Part shown: piece after piece, positions 18,801 to 33,940 of the stretch
How positions within the stretch are numbered: the first letter of the stretch is position 1
How the letters are laid out: every line of letters begins with the position of its first letter
Origin: Tubiluchus corallicola
Lineage: Eukaryota > Animalia > Priapulida
Reading direction: 5' to 3'
Length of the DNA stretch: 64,000 bases
Assembly (NCBI GenBank): GCA_030141605.1
Contig: JAQGDQ010000056.1
Span: 248,001 to 312,000, forward strand
The notes under the pieces: model-generated
Database searches by the model: none
Seen by the model: the letters and a program-made list of their open reading frames with translations, nothing else
What the model was told of the DNA's origin: nothing
Made by a program: the position numbers and the translations under genes

Positions 18801-21264
18801 GCCATCAAAGGGGATGTTTTTTAAGCCTTAAAAAACCACTTTTCTGTGTTGGTCAATCCGATAAACTAGTACCGGATAAACCTGCTGCCCTTCTTTTCAC
18901 GAATTTATTGTGGAGACTTTACAACTTTACAGTCTAGTTCGAGTTTTAGGAACCGATCATATTTTATTAAACACAGTAGATTGTTTTGCAGTAGAGCAGC
19001 CCCTTAATTGCTGTTCAGCTGGTGTATTATGATGTCAGTAAAGTCTACGTAAACATTTACAGGCAATGTTCCAGTTGTTGGAAGCAAATGTGGCTGTGCG
19101 ATGTCGGCAACAAGATGTTCCTTTAGTGCAACAAGTCATTCCAAACTCTCTTAAACAAGTGAAGGCAGAAACAGGAATTGATGCAAAGATTACTATTGAT
19201 CCAGAATACCTGAGTGGTGACAGGTAGTTCCATTACACAAAACTTATTTTCTTCCAACATATTTTTTTAAATTGTTATTAAAGATATTTATTAAATTATT
19301 AAAGTTTCTAAGTCTCAGTTTAATTGAGTTTCTAGGCAGTCATTAGTCTTGTGAAACTGAATACAGCTGCCCCAATTGGGCAAAGTGGTCTACTACAAAT
19401 ATGAGTGAATTTTATGCCTGTATCTTACTATCTTGCATAGCCATATCCTCAATTCTTTCATTAAGATAAACCAAACAGTCTTTTATTAGCGACATGCTAG
19501 TAACCTCCTTAATGTCACAGTATGGAAAACAGGATATTTAAACACATTTGACTAACTTATTTTATTTAACCCAAAATTTAATCAGTTTGCCCATGTTACC
19601 GTTTTAATGTGTTACCTGCATACCTACAGAATGACTCAAGAGTACAACAGTGATTTAAGTTCATTCAACACACAGATTAAAATGTGCTTTACCAGCTTTA
19701 CATGTAGTGCAGTTATGAAGAAACAGTCCACTGTAACTTTCAGTGTGATTTTACTCAGAAGTGGCGAAAATAGGAAAGGGATGAAATTTCAACTGTGTGT
19801 CTTAAAAATAGGCTAACTACCAAAAATGTTTTTTTGCCAATTACCGAAAAGTGTGGTGTTATTAAACTGCACACTAGTTTTATTAACCAAATTTTCTTAC
19901 CAGTAGTTTCTAGGTGAGTAATTTTGGACCGTGCCTGAATGGTTGTAAGATGCGGCTGGTTTCATTATCCATGGTTTATTAATCGGTGACTGCTGTACTA
20001 TTTTCACTTTTATCACTTTAGTGCCATGTCGCCCATGCTAAATAATAAAATATTTTATCTTCATAGGCCCAACTTTTCTGGAAATTAAATAATAGTAAGA
20101 GCCAACTTTTACTAGTAAATGTCTCTGAAATAAATATTTTTACTGTCAAAGAGCCTTATAACTATTGTATTTCAGAAATGCTATAACAGTGATGGACTGT
20201 AACAGTAGTTGCTTGTATGAATGAATTTTGACCAGTCATTTTATGGACAGCCTTAAAAAACCATTAGCTGCTCTCAAGAAGTAAATTGTCCCTTATAAGT
20301 GATACTTTCATTTTTGTATTCTTGTATGTACATCCTAGTTGTCATGTTAGGTGTTAGCTAGTATCATTTGTTTGCTTATCTATGAGATTGGAAACTATTG
20401 AAGGGACGTCTTGTATAAAAACTAATTTAAATTTAAAAAAAGAGCACAATTTATGTTGTAACTTTCAAAGTGATTAAAAGTTTGTCAGTGCATTTTATAT
20501 TTTGACTGACTTGTTCGAAAAAATTACTTTGATTTAATATAATGAAACTTTACCTTTATGTGCTATATGAAATATGTGAAATGCCAATTTATTTTTGTAC
20601 ATGCGGTCACAACTAATTACGGTAAAAACTTGCCACCTGCCCAAGTTCCTCAGTATTTTACCTTGCATTTGGCTTTGAGGTGTTTCTTGTTACTATTTCC
20701 AATTATGTGTATTCGTCAAAGTTTATTGTTGTTGAAGATTGAAATTATGCATTTAATTGATGATGGTTTCCAATAATATATCTTCGTGGTAAAAACAAAT
20801 TAAAATTTTATGTGAGTAACCTCACAGACCGAATCTAATAAATGTACTCTATTAATCAATTATTTGCGTTTCAGTCCTGGAGGTGTTGAACTGCATGCTA
20901 ATAAAGGACGCACCAAAGTTGTCAACACTCTAGAAAGCCGCCTAGATACAATCGTACACCAGGTGAGCTATAATTTATTTGTATACTGCAAGAATAGTTA
21001 CCATGTACATGGCACAGAAATTTGTTGAAAAATTAAAATGGAAAAGTAGTACTAGTTTGGAGTTACTGAAAGGGGAAAGGAGTACTATGATATACAAATA
21101 TAGTATAATATACTACGATTTATAAATATGACAGAATAACCAAGAAGTAAATATTTTCTTGGTTGGATTAGTAGCTTATGACGTTTCACTTAATTTTTTA
21201 GATGGTTCCTGAGATTAGAACACAGTTGTTTGGCCACAACGCAAACCGAAAGCACTACAACTAA
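15882..21264 (+). CDS. ATP6V1E1: V-type proton ATPase subunit E, 225 aa, 7 coding exons
   Basis: Exons 15882-15914, 16678-16743, 17647-17823, 18345-18434, 19063-19223, 20875-20962, 21202-21264, all in phase. [50 protein letters not shown]...GGVEL...[10 protein letters not shown]...[15 protein letters not shown] is diagnostic. Confidence 0.97.
16954..17323. mobile_element. hAT-family MITE (370 bp) in ATP6V1E intron 2
   Basis: TIRs TAGGGGTGAGCAT / ATGTTCACCCCTA; perfect 8-bp TSD CTGTTAAA (16946-16953, 17324-17331); TTCGAA subterminal repeats. Confidence 0.9.
18631..18722. mobile_element. Short palindromic MITE-like element with CCTAAC-like core
   Basis: Arms GGATGGAGTTTACAATTCCTCACACAA / TTGTGTGTGGGGAATTATAAACTTCAGCC flank ctaaccctaatcctagccctaa; related copy at 24393-24513. 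Confidence 0.6.
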
Positions 21265-21920
21265 TTCTGGCTATAATCTGTTGTCTGGTACCAAATTTAT
21301 TGCTCGTTCTAAATAACTCATTATTAGCTATTAGATACATCTTAGATTTTACATTCTTCACAGATGTAACATGTTTTTTTTTGTTGCAAGAGTAAGGAAC
21401 ATTAGATATCCCGTTTTTCTTGTGGGTGTCGAAGTTTTGTGACATTCTGCATGTTTAGTGTTAAAATGTGTACCGAGAATTAGACAATGTATTTAGTTTT
21501 TGGATGTAGTGGTGCTACTTGGTAAAATTATTGTTGTTATAATGTTGGCACTAGCCCACTAATCTTGACAGAAAAACTGGCGTATACTTCTTAGTTCGTA
21601 TAAAAAGCACATTGTAAAACAAGAAAGTGTTTCAAGATACTAATAATTAAAGCAAGTAATTTGTTGTTTTCGTAAACACTGACTTTTTAGTTTGTGATAA
21701 AATTTCCCAGAGAAAATTACACATTCCAATTGTTACACACTGTATTGTGTGAATTAGTGTTGTTATGCATGTTTTCTGTATTGTTTTGGGTCATTAAAGA
21801 TGTATATTGTTGTGTTAAATTAATTATGATTAATAACAATAATGATGTTAAACAAAAAAGCAGTTATCCGTGTTTGAGATAGTACAATTGCAGATTATGG
21901 GAATTCTGCCTAGTGAAGTT

Positions 21921-22277
21921 CAGGGCCAGATTATGGTGTTATGGGGCCCCTGGGCTAATAAAATCGAGGCTCCCTCAGGTGAAGTCACTCTGTAATTTGA
22001 CTGCACCCGTCTTGAATATTTTTTATGCATCATATATTTTAGTGACATTTACATAGCTTGAACCTTATTGCAAATTCTTTAATAAACTAGAATAGCTATC
22101 TTTTATTTGTTAATAAAATATTCTTCAAGAAATACCACTATTTTACAATTTATTACAAGCCAAATTAGTGCATATTCAACAAAACCTCAGAGAAAACACA
22201 GATTTTTACCAAATGTTAACAAAGCTTGAGTGGCCTTATGTTGTAGTTTATACTAACCTATTGGATAATCCGACTTG
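21921..22277. mobile_element. Degenerate hAT-like MITE
   Basis: Ends CAGGGCCAGATTA / TAATCCGACTTG, GGGGCCCC subterminal motif, partial flanking repeat (tgaagtt). Confidence 0.5.
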
Positions 22278-24392
22278 AAGTTTAATTAGAAAGGCAAGCA
22301 ATAGTACTGGTTTTAAAATTTTTAACAAACCTGTTCGAAATTATACAAAAAATGAAAAACACTATCCTCAATTTATTTGTGTCAGTGTAACACTTATGAT
22401 TCAGAAGCCTTGAACAGTAGTTACAAAAAGTCAACTGGTAGTTATTTTTATTTAATCTTGAAACTGATAAATAATTTAAACTGATTAGTACCACTTTTGT
22501 CACCAAATTGGCCAAAATTTAATTATGTACTTAAGTGGTTGCAAATCTGATGAATTTGCTTTTGGAAAAGTTTACTACATTTACATCAGCATCCTTTATC
22601 AACAGCTATGACACATGATTTGCAGTATACAGATACTAAATCAAAATAATATTGGTAGCTTGGGAATATAATCAATTGTATTATGGGTATAAATTACTAA
22701 GTATGAAGTTTTATTGTATTGTCTTGTGTAACACAAAATAAGTAATAAGTAAAATAATTATTTAATGAACGATCAGTACCTAATAAGTTGTCATATTTAT
22801 TATGATTTTAATTGTGATCATCCCATTGTGAATTAAAGTACAATATATAAATCAATAAACCAACACCAAGCTAGACAATATGTAACTAGATAGCACGAAT
22901 GGCTGTGCTGGCAAAATAATTTGTATAATAAAAATATATTAGTATATCATTGCATGCAAATAAATAAGAAACTAATTACATTTATTGGAAAATAAAAACT
23001 CTTAAAAAGTTTAGAATGATTTAACAACCACAGCTTCACACTACACAACCTTTATAATGGACTGTATTTTATACTTACTAATTTAACTTGCTGATCTTAC
23101 TTAGACTAGATGTCACAACTACATATATCTTTGGTCAATTTCTTGTAATACTGATCTACGCAAAACACTTGCATAAGCAACTTGTTACTTGTGGAATAAG
23201 TTGCAAAATTTTGGCTATGGTGCATAGCATATATCTCAGAGTTACAGACAACACCTTTCTGAAGTTAATAATGGAAACTGAAGCGACATTCCTGAACAGG
23301 GAACTACTGCTGTGTGTGACACAATTTAGAAAAAAAATTCAAAATAAGGAACAAAACACCTTAGATTATGATTAGATGTAAACTATAATTAATAAGCATT
23401 GTGAACACAACAAAAGTAAGATGCTAAATTGGAGAAAAATGGACAGCACTGAAATTAAGCAATTAGTACATGTAGCACAACACAGTCATGTACAGAATAT
23501 GTATATTAAGATTACAGCTTACAACAATATTTCTGTGCAATAACTTCTGCAAATCATCATCTAACATAATAAATAATGTGTAATAATACATTTTGAACGT
23601 GGAAGACTATTATAACAACGATGCTACACAATGTAGTAAATAAAACATAACGACTAGTTAAATATTTGGCATCAGGAATTTGCTAGACTAGAATGTAAAG
23701 CAATAAATTATTTCTAAAATACTAACAAATAAAAAGCTAAGCAGTAGCCAATTAAAATCTTTGTCATACAATCAAATGAAGGTAAAAAATTACCTCGTAA
23801 ACAAGCAGATTAAAAACTGTCAACATTAATAACTTGGTTTAAACTGCACAATGATATTATCAATTGTTCACACAAAGTTCAACTGGGATGTAACATACGG
23901 GTGTATAAATAAACCTGTAAGCTGATTGATTAACCGGAGTTTTGAAACTTCCTTCGTATTTTTGTTATCATTTCAATCTAAAGGCACCATGATTGATTTA
24001 AAAAATAACTAGAAAATGGAAATGCAACTGTCTTTATAACTACTACAATAGAATCTTAATTAAATAGACCTGCACCAGTGCAATTAAGTTCCAGGCCTTA
24101 AAGCTTTTTGTATTAAGGTGAGCAGTCACAAACTGCTACTTGGCTCGCTATTCTTTAGCCAGCTAATATGATTTTTAAAATTCTACAAAGAGCTGCCACA
24201 TCGGAATTTGAACAATCAGGCAGATTGTAGAGAAGTTTTCTCATGCGCTGTAAAGGCAATCGGAAAAATCAGCCATATGGCTATGCAGTGGTCCCCATAG
24301 GTCAGACAAGCTAAGACCTATTCTAGTAAGAATTTTAGCCTTTTCCCACAGTAATTTGATTGTTACAAAAGTAACATGTCATCTCATTCTCC

Positions 24393-24513
24393 CGGATTAG
24401 TTTTAACAATAATTTATGGAATTAAACTTAATTACCCTAATCATAACCCTAACCCTAATCCTAGTCTGCTTCAGGAACTAATTTATTGTGTGGAAAATGG
24501 TAAACTTTAGCCG
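24393..24513. mobile_element. Second copy of the CCTAAC-core palindromic element, in the parvin 3' UTR
   Basis: taccctaatcataaccctaaccctaatcctag core with right arm ttgtgtggaaaatggtaaactttagcc resembling 18695-18722. Confidence 0.5.
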
Positions 24514-24587
24514 AGTTTATGAACAATTCTTTGAACAAGATAAAGTTTTGGGAAGGGACTGCTATTTATCAGTTAGGACATATGCAG

Positions 24588-27500
24588 TTACAAGTGCTTG
24601 TATTTTGTAAATAGATTGTACAGGACACGCAGCGTAGACTTCAGGTCCATGTTGACAATGTCTTCCGGTCTGGCTTTTGGTTGTGGAAGTCCTGCATCCA
24701 TCATCAAATCAAAAGCAAAGGTGACATTATGCACCTACCAAAATAACAATTTTTGGGTATTACCGAATCATTTTCGCACCCTCAAGAAGTCATTTATAAA
24801 TGATATTTCACTTGTTTACTTTATTATAATTTTAGCTAAGTAATGATAGCAGCCTTTCACAATTACAAATAGCAGTCATTCAAAGTATGTCGAATAAAAT
24901 TCACATTTGCACAATAACTTAACTGGACAAAACATGAGCAATCTGGACTCACATAGTATTACTTTCTCCATATATCACTTAACAATGCCATCACTGTGAC
25001 AAAAAAGTTTTTAAAGCAAAATAAAAATCTTAACACCCTTGTTAAATGTTGCCTAGCAGTTGTACAAGCTGCTCCATTGAGTTAGACTTATTCATGTGCC
25101 CTTTGCACTTCTCAAAATTAGGAGTGTATTCCCTTACCTTGTGATCAAACTGAGTTGGTGTCAAATGGTAACTAAACAATGGTACAAAGTATCCCTCCAG
25201 CAGTCCCATTAAGAGCACTAAGAACACTCCATCATGGAACTGAGTATCAAGATCAGACACTTCCAAATTGATTTTGTTCAGATGCTTGTTGACAAACGTA
25301 ATGAGTGACTGTGAATAAAATTTTACACATTATAATAACTGGTTCAAAGAAATTTTATGATTTAAAGAAAGAAAATGCATATAGTAAAAAATAATTGACT
25401 GAAAAGTCTGAAAGAAAAAGTGAATGAATGGAAGAATGAACAAATAAATTAAAAATAATATGCAACATGAAGAATTAAATTCTATGAATATTTCTAAAAT
25501 AATTGTAACACAATTGTAAGTATCTTCTTTCAACAATATAGTCAGCAATAAAATAATAAAAAGAGTCAGATCAAACAATAGAAAACTAATGAGAGAATAT
25601 CCAAAACTAGAATTTCTTCAACAAGAAACTATTTCTTAGTGGTTATGAGAAACCATAGCTAATTAGTTTTCAGTAATATTGCGCTTTACAGTGTTAGTAT
25701 CGGTAACACATAATATTATACAATTGTATGGGGTCATTGTAAATTGAGCTGTATTCGCAAACTATCATAACTGTATAGCGGAAAAATCCAGATTTATTAA
25801 ATTTTTCAAGCAGAAGTTAACCAAGCCATAGGAAACAAAAAATGATTATAATTGGAAAGAATTTTCGATTACGAGTTTCAGTGTCATGACCACTAGACCA
25901 CTCAGTGTCCTGAATCCTAAAAAACCACTCAGTCAATCCTAAAAACTCCACAACTAATCTAGCATTTCCAAGAATTAGTTTAACACAAAGGTGAAATAAC
26001 TTAATAATTAGAATTTGGCTTCAAAAATTAAAGAATTGTGGATTTATTCCATCATTAATAAATATCTTGAAACTATTGGTGCACCATACAACTTTTGGTA
26101 GTGTATCTGTATACTGTATGATCAAACTTCGTATACAACCATAAAAACAGTCTTATAACCAAAACCATATGTAACATACTTACTTTTTTAACAACACACA
26201 ATTTGTCAGGAGCATGATCAAAGAGAGTATCAAAAGCATCTCTCTCTGAAAACAAGGAAATTATAAATTTGAAAATAATCTTAACAATTATACCTGCAAC
26301 ATTCACATTTTTACTGGTTTTCACCTGAAGCGAGCCATTAAACCCTTCAGTGTCCATTGTTTCCATGGGACAAAAATAAATTTGTGGACTTACTACATAA
26401 GCATGGGTTTCGAAAGCTTTACCTATTGAAGTAAAGTGTTTTATCTATGCCCACCGAAAGATTGCCCTAACTTGGCATCAAATATATGCACTATCACTAA
26501 CATTTCTCAAGTCTCTACAGAAAACCTACAATCTGGCAATCAATCAGATGATGAAATATTTTCTTGTAAACATAATGCTATAGAAACAACAACTATTTTT
26601 GACTTGACAACAACGTGATGTTTACTGATTATTTTATGATAAAGGCTCACATCATCTTCATCATTAGAGGAGTTACACATCTAGATGTGAATTTAGTGAT
26701 GACAATTAGTACAATAATTCAACCCAGTTCACTAACAGTCATAGCTAATTTGAATCTAACTTACTAATCAATAGGTAATATAAAGGTTTTAAGAAACCAA
26801 TGCCAATTTACCCCAGTTTATTTACTCCAGTTGACTCTCTCTGTTATTTGAAAAAAATTAAAAACTAAAAACTGAAAGTGAACTGGGGTAAATCAATGAT
26901 TTTTGAAATTAGACACGCTAACTAGCGGCTACTAAGTTCAAGTTATTTTCTAGTTGGCTGCCTAACTGCTGCAATGACAATGTAAGCATGAAATAAACAA
27001 TAACCGCTGCTATTTATGCTGTATTATAATAAATTTTATTTAATTTTGTAGAATTAGATGGCTTAGATGTCTAATTCCATAAAAATAAGAATTAATGTCC
27101 ACATAAACATCTAAACTAATGTGCGCATTGGCAGTACTTTTTAGAAATGCACCTTTTTGATGAAAAAGTAAAAAGCTGGCTTACCAAATTTAGCTCCAAG
27201 ATGTCTGAAAAAGGAAACAAAGCAACAAATTAGTGAATTTTTAATATAAACTTGCTCATTGACAAACCTTCAACCATTAATAAGGAGGTGTTCGATTTGG
27301 TAAAACTAAAATTGAATTATATTAAATTCAGATAAATTTATTCATCTCACTTATTTAAACATCAAGCACACAAACAAAATGAGTTATCAGTAGTAAGAGA
27401 AAGGACGGCGAAAAAACGTAAAGGTTATCGAATCAGCCACTCTGCTAGTTAAAGTTAGCAGAAGAAAATCTAGTTCATTAATTTACTTGCATGAACTTGC

Positions 27501-30500
27501 AAATAAGAACAGACATAATGGCTAACTATTGTTGTTGTTTTAAGAGGAATCTCAGTCACAGTACTGGTATGAAAACATTCCAGGCAAAACATTCTTTATT
27601 TACAGAATGATGCTATTTTCATTAACAGGATTTCTCAAGCAATTACGGTTGCTCAAGCATAACACAGCACGTGGTTCATAACTTACTAGACTGCCTTCAT
27701 TTAGTTTTTTAATAGATATTCACCCCAAACAAGTTGGCAATCAAACAAGGCAGGGAGAAAACTATTTAGGTGTTTAACGGGACAGGGTTAGGATCTACAT
27801 TCACAATTAACAGATCTCTTCTACTACTTCAATCCACCAGTTCAGTCCAACAAAAAAAAAATACATGGACATGGTCAAGTCTGGTGTGTGTAAGGGATAC
27901 TTCCATAAACAAAGTTTGCTTAAAATAACTTACTCATTTTCACCAGTAATCTCCTCGGCAATAGTCCGAGTATGTAGCATGCCGTCACGTTTCTGAACGA
28001 CGACAATGTTGATGACCACATGTTCAGGAAGCCTGATCGGTGCACGAAAATGTGCTGCTAAAGCCACCAAGAGGTGCAGAATAGCAACAAGATTCTTTGC
28101 ATGAATACCTGCAATAGGTTAGTTCAAATTAAGTTAGTTTAAGATCGCACCTAATGCTTGATTTTATGGTATTGATCAGTTAGATTAACAGCTTAAAACT
28201 TCAGCGTTAACTACAGTTATACTAGTTTGCCAAAATTAATGCCTGAGGAATACAGGTGAAGATAAACTATGTTAAGTATGTGCTACCATGATGTACACAA
28301 AAACTAAGGTCCATTTACTCAGTGTTACACATAATTGGGCATTGTTTTAGTAATAAAGTAGGAAGTCATTGAATTGTGGGAGAGTAAGAAATGCCAATAA
28401 TGAAAAAATAATTTTACAAAAAAGCTGTATCAGTATTAGTTTATTAAGTTATAATTCTCATTTCTAGGAATACGAACGATACAAACGTACATATGCAATG
28501 CTACTGCTATGTGAACACCTTTGCAAGGATGATAGCTTGTAAGTTGACAGTCTCTAAAAAGGTCAAAATTGAGAGCCACATGGTGTTTTTAATGCTTCTA
28601 CAAAATTTCTTTGTGAAGCAGTAATAAATATTATACCCTTTGCAAGTGCAAATGTAACACTCACTTTCTACGCTCCATTTCTGTTGGTTCCACTGTGGCA
28701 ACTCCAGGATCTGGTTACAAGTTTGTAAGACGGTACGAAGTTTTGACCGCTGACCTTGTTCACTCTGCGTCACCTCTGCAACTTCTAATTTGGTTCCAGT
28801 TAATTTCTCTGTAAGAAAGTTCATAATGATTACATAGTTAAAAAAAGTGATAAAAGCCATAAAAAAATAACTTCACTAAATTTTCCTAATTGAGCAACAT
28901 TTCTTAATAGCCAACAAAGACAATAAAATGAAATTCTTCTGCTCGTCATTTCAGGCATTTTTAAACTAGAAATTAATAATAATGTTACTTTTATTAATGT
29001 GGCAGATCAACTACAGTATACTGACTTTTGCACTGCTTTTGAAACACTATATTTTATTAATAACATTGAAGACACAGAAGCAAACTTAGATAGAATTGAT
29101 TTATCGTGTGTCTTTAGAAACTATTTTACATGCGCCTGTCCCTCTGATCCCCAAATACTCTTAATACACAGACAGCAATTACAATTTACATAGCTCTACA
29201 TTTATGAGCAAGAAATACTGACAGTATCTTTCTGTGCCCTGAGAAGAATCGTTATTTTGAAAAATGCTTCTGATTGATGTGGCATGCCTAAAAGTGTGTA
29301 AATCACCTATGAGTTTTCCTAATATGAGTCCATCATATAAATCTTCCTCTATATCCTTAATCAGTATCCGATATTCGGCCAATTCATCATTCACCCATTC
29401 CAGTAGGACCTAGAACAGCACAACTACGGTTCAGAAACGATGCAAAAATTAGCAGAAAGACTAAAAACAGGGCTCAATAGTAACAAAATAATAACTGTAT
29501 TTTATTAAAAATTTAGTTGCGGTATTACATACAGCACAAAGCATAACAAACGAATAAGTATTGATATTTGGTTAACTGTACTACCATTTTCTTGATGTTT
29601 ACGTCTGTAATCCATGCTTCACAAAGTGACCTGAATTGGACTTTAAATCGAATACTTCATAAATCCAATGACATAAATTCCACAGTTTTAAAGTTTACTA
29701 GCTACAACAAATGCTTACAGAAATAAGCTCTTTGAGTCGAGGATTTTGACGAGAAATTGGTTCTACCATTGATCTCTCTTCATTGTCATCTATTAAAATT
29801 AACAAAGGCTTTTATTAATGACGCTTACAATTGTTTTGCCAAAATTGTTGGAAATGCCACTGCACACCGAAGTTATCATAGAGAACAGTGAGCAAATCTC
29901 CTGTTTTAGTAAAAAGAAAATGTACTCCATTCCAGTAGTCTTTAGTAGTGTTTATAATCAAGAGCTTAGAGTGTATAGTAGTATAGCTTGTATTAATATG
30001 TGAACCTAAAAACAGTCTTTGAAAATGAGTTTCAAACGACCATGAAAATTTGCTCTATATGAGAGAGTCTCATTATGGCAAAGATTCCCAAAGTCAATGT
30101 TTCTATGTCTATACCACCACACATTATACATGTACCACCAAATTCGTTTACCATCAGTGAAATGACCAGGAACAGAATTCTGTATTCAATTGCACCGCCC
30201 CCCCCCCATTACATGCCATCACCCAGCAGGGAAACGTTCAACGAGGAAATGCCACCAGAAGGCTAATAACATTTGCCATATACTCCTGCTGATACAATTT
30301 GTATTTCAAATTGTGCAAGGGATAAGAAAGTGTAGGCATGAAACATTTTGCTACTTGCGAGGAGCAATAATCATTTTATATGACAGTCAGTAACATGCCA
30401 ACAATCAAACTGTCAGAAGCAATAAAGTCAGGTCAACTTATGAATATAAACAAATTTGTTTGAAAGTTTGGCAATGAAGGTCGATATTGATCTTTTGATA

Positions 30501-33500
30501 TTGATGACTAACGAAGAATTTGCAACACAAAAAACAGCTAACACATTGCAACCAATGTACATTCAACAGATTACAGACAAAACTCTGTTACTACTCCATG
30601 CAATAAATTTCTGCATAAACTGCCCGCAAGTTGTTTCTTAAGCCCTTACTGAGATACATCTTGTGACAAGTCTTTTGACGGCTGAATGTGTTTTGCACGA
30701 GTGTCATATACGATCATTTAAAATAAGATGCCTATACAGAACTCTAGATGTAGTTAGCTCTGTATATGAGCTTTCTGTACGTAAGCTTTAAATGTGTTAT
30801 TTAAAGGGATTGTAAAATGTAATGCAACTTGGGTTTAATTTATTTGTTATCAAAAATATCATCATACCGGGACATAACATGTTGTTCTTTACCAAAAAGT
30901 AACAGTTAACCAAGTGGCCATGTTTGTGCAAGAATTACGTCATCGCGTGCTGAAATTGGCACACACTGTATGAGTGTATGTAAACAGCTGATGAGTTCGT
31001 ACACAACAATTTTAGCAAATTCTTTACATTTATTATTTGGTTTATAGCGCTAAATTATTTCTTCATTGTTTAGCAATTTATGATATTGTCTCAGCCTTGA
31101 AATAGTTACAAGTTCGATTCTATGGTTACCAATGTGCATAATGTACACTGTAGGAATAAACATTTAATAATCAAAGGCGCAAGGTTTAGTTAATGAACTT
31201 GTACTGTGCCACATTAGCTTTTAATGATAATCAGTAATCTCTAAGTAACTTCTGCAATGTAGATTTTGCAATACAGAGTCTCTTTGTTATAACATAGTTT
31301 TTATTTCTAAATAAAAAAATGTTGACGATACTTGTAATGGGCCTGCTTTCCAACTCGCTTTGTCAGTGAATGGTGAGGTTCATTAACAGTTGTCTATTGT
31401 GTAGACAGGGTGTTATTTTTTGCACTTAAAATTGCAAAGTCACACATTTGACTTGCAAAGTCACCTTTTTTTTTAATCACATATTACAATTATACATACA
31501 TCATGGCTGAGATCACAAACAGGGCTATTATATATCTGAGTATATATATATATATATATATATATCTGAGTTGAGCAGATTTTTGACATTTGAAAAAAAC
31601 CAATGCAGCTAAATTAGATCTCATTTTAGCTCTCTAAAATGTCTTAAATGCAGGAAAAAGCACTTCCAGATCCCACATCCTTTGCCCCATTTGTGTAAAA
31701 CTTTCACAAAGCAACTGAAAAGTAACATGCAACAGATCAAGAAAGATCATCGATACTGGCTTAATAATTTTCAGTTATTTTATGCAGTAAACTTGACTTA
31801 ATAAAAATACTTTTTTCCTTATTTCTTAATTCTGTGCCACACATTTTGAAAGTTTTAACCATTCAGCCATTATTATTATTTTCATTAGAATAAGTGATTA
31901 TTTGCGAGCTGGTTAAATTACTACTTTCTGTTATGCTTTTAATTCTCCCAAGACCCAGGGAACTGGAATGTCCAGAGTTATGTAATGACGGCAAATTCTT
32001 GCAAAAATGAATCCCTGAATTTCACTTAATATAATAATGCCAATACAGAGCCAAAACAATTGATTTGACTTTTGCGCTAATTTTTATAAATAGTCGTATT
32101 TTACATTTAAATTCCTTTTCAACCAATTTCCATACTAAAAAGAGCTCCAGATATTACAATGTTTAGATTTACTAAGTAAACAAGTGAATGCAGAGTATAA
32201 GAATATATAAATATAACAATAATAAACGACTTATTTTAACCAAGTAAGCCTAAAATTATCGGTGAAATTATCAAAATGTTAGACTTTTGAAGACTATCAA
32301 AGGAACAAAGCAAATAATTTAGAAGTTTATTTCAGCTAATTATTATAACAATTTTCACAGGTCAGGCAACTGTACATTAATTAATGGCGTTTACACTACA
32401 ATAGACGGTGTATTTCAAGCTAGATCATAGAGATAAAAGTAACATAAATACCGTGGAAGCTGGCACAGAGAGAGAGCAATTTGTTTACATTATATCAACT
32501 ATTGGACAAAAAGCTGTATGAATGTTGCAAGAGGTCAACTGCGAACAGGTAAAGATGGGAAAAGTATGCCATAGGCAAATGCCAGTGGAAAAAATCAAAG
32601 CTTCACAGCTCTACTATTTAAAACTTAGTAAAACCGCAATTTATTCTGTTAACTTTCCATTTTGCTACTGTTCATTATGTATGTTGACTTTCAGCACTGA
32701 GCTTAGGCATTGTTCCTATAAACAGGGAGATTACCATCCCTCTTCTCTGCATATACCAGTAATTAGCTGTCCCTGGCCAAACAAGAGAGCACGAAATGAC
32801 GTCAGCTTATGTATCATGGGAAGAAATTTATCACTTGAAAATTTTTGAAGAGACCACTTTAATAAGACACAACCAATGTTCTGCACTTATGTTGTTTTAC
32901 AGTTTAGTATCCCTTTAAGCCTAATACCTGACGAAAGGCAAGTTATAATGGACCTAGTTATAAGTGGATTATAGTGTAGTTTAAGTGACCAAAACTAGAG
33001 GAAATTTAAATTCATTAAAAACTGCTGAATAAATATCCGGTTCATTTAATGCTCTACACATTGTTCTATTATCTCCAAATTTATACTACACAACGTCTCT
33101 GTTAACTAGCTACATAATTATGAACACTGGAAGGTTTAACTGTTAAAAACTGAAAAACTTAATGCATATTTTAGCAACACCACAGGCTACACATTATAAC
33201 AACCTATAACGGAGCTTCACCCAAGTACTGACATACCAAGCAAATATTCCTGAGGTGGAAGATCGGGTTGACTTGGACTTGATGGTGATTCTATTGCTTG
33301 TTTTCCCTCTTCATTTAATTCATTAACTATAAAGACAAAATAAATTTAATAATTATTAACAAGATAGTATGTCATAATGAAAAGACTACAGCAATTTTTG
33401 TCAAAGCAGCTGTGGACGCTTAACTAAAATAATAATTATTTTGTTGTAATTACAAAAACGTAATACTACATTAAGTATGTAACTATTTCTATAGTAAAAT

Positions 33501-33940
33501 GTTATAATTGGTTATAGTGATCGATGCAAGTGGCTGTATTGAAGTAAAAATAAAAAATATTCAAATCATGGCTTCACTGACCCGCTTAGCCGTTAATACT
33601 TATAAGGATAGATAATTTTTTCATTACCATGCTTGTAATAGGTCAACATTAATTTTTCCCTCTCTTTGTGACTTTGCTCTCATAAAAAATAAAAATGCAA
33701 AAATCTTAGAATTAGAATTTTATTTTCGTTTATAAAAATGTAAGTATAAATTATAATATATCGGTCACCCAAAAATTATGCACCTTGAGAAAAAAATGTA
33801 CAACCACCAATTACCTACGTACCTTCTTTGATTTTCTTTCTCTTGCCCAAAGTGCTAAATTTATCGAAAAAGCTTTCATCTTTCTTCTCCTTCCGTTGTG
33901 TCTGCGGATTTGAAGTTGAACTGCTAGGATAAGAAGCCAT
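24588..33940 (-). CDS. PARVB: Parvin (two calponin-homology domains; ILK-PINCH-parvin complex), 366 aa, 10 coding exons
   Basis: Exons 33823-33940, 33237-33326, 29719-29789, 29307-29409, 28665-28808, 27934-28108, 27185-27204, 26184-26245, 25138-25308, 24588-24734, all in phase. Motifs WVNDELAEYRILIKDIEEDLYDG, ERDAFDTLFDHAPDKL, QFHDGVFLVLLMGLLEGYFVPL, PKARPEDIVNMDLKSTLRVLYNLFTKYK. Probably co-orthologous to vertebrate PARVA/PARVB. Confidence 0.96.
26807..26893. repeat. Inverted repeat (probable MITE relic)
   Basis: ATTTACCCCAGTT ... AACTGGGGTAAAT. Confidence 0.55.

Noticed and set aside
30075-30266. Pro-rich 63-aa ORF or alternative exon in parvin intron 2
   Set aside because: No recognisable homology, and no open frame on the gene strand compatible with the phase-1 junction.
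32452-32804. Possible internal parvin promoter (TGACGTCA at 32797-32804) with a donor at ~32451
   Set aside because: One 8-mer and a weak donor are expected by chance; needs transcript data.
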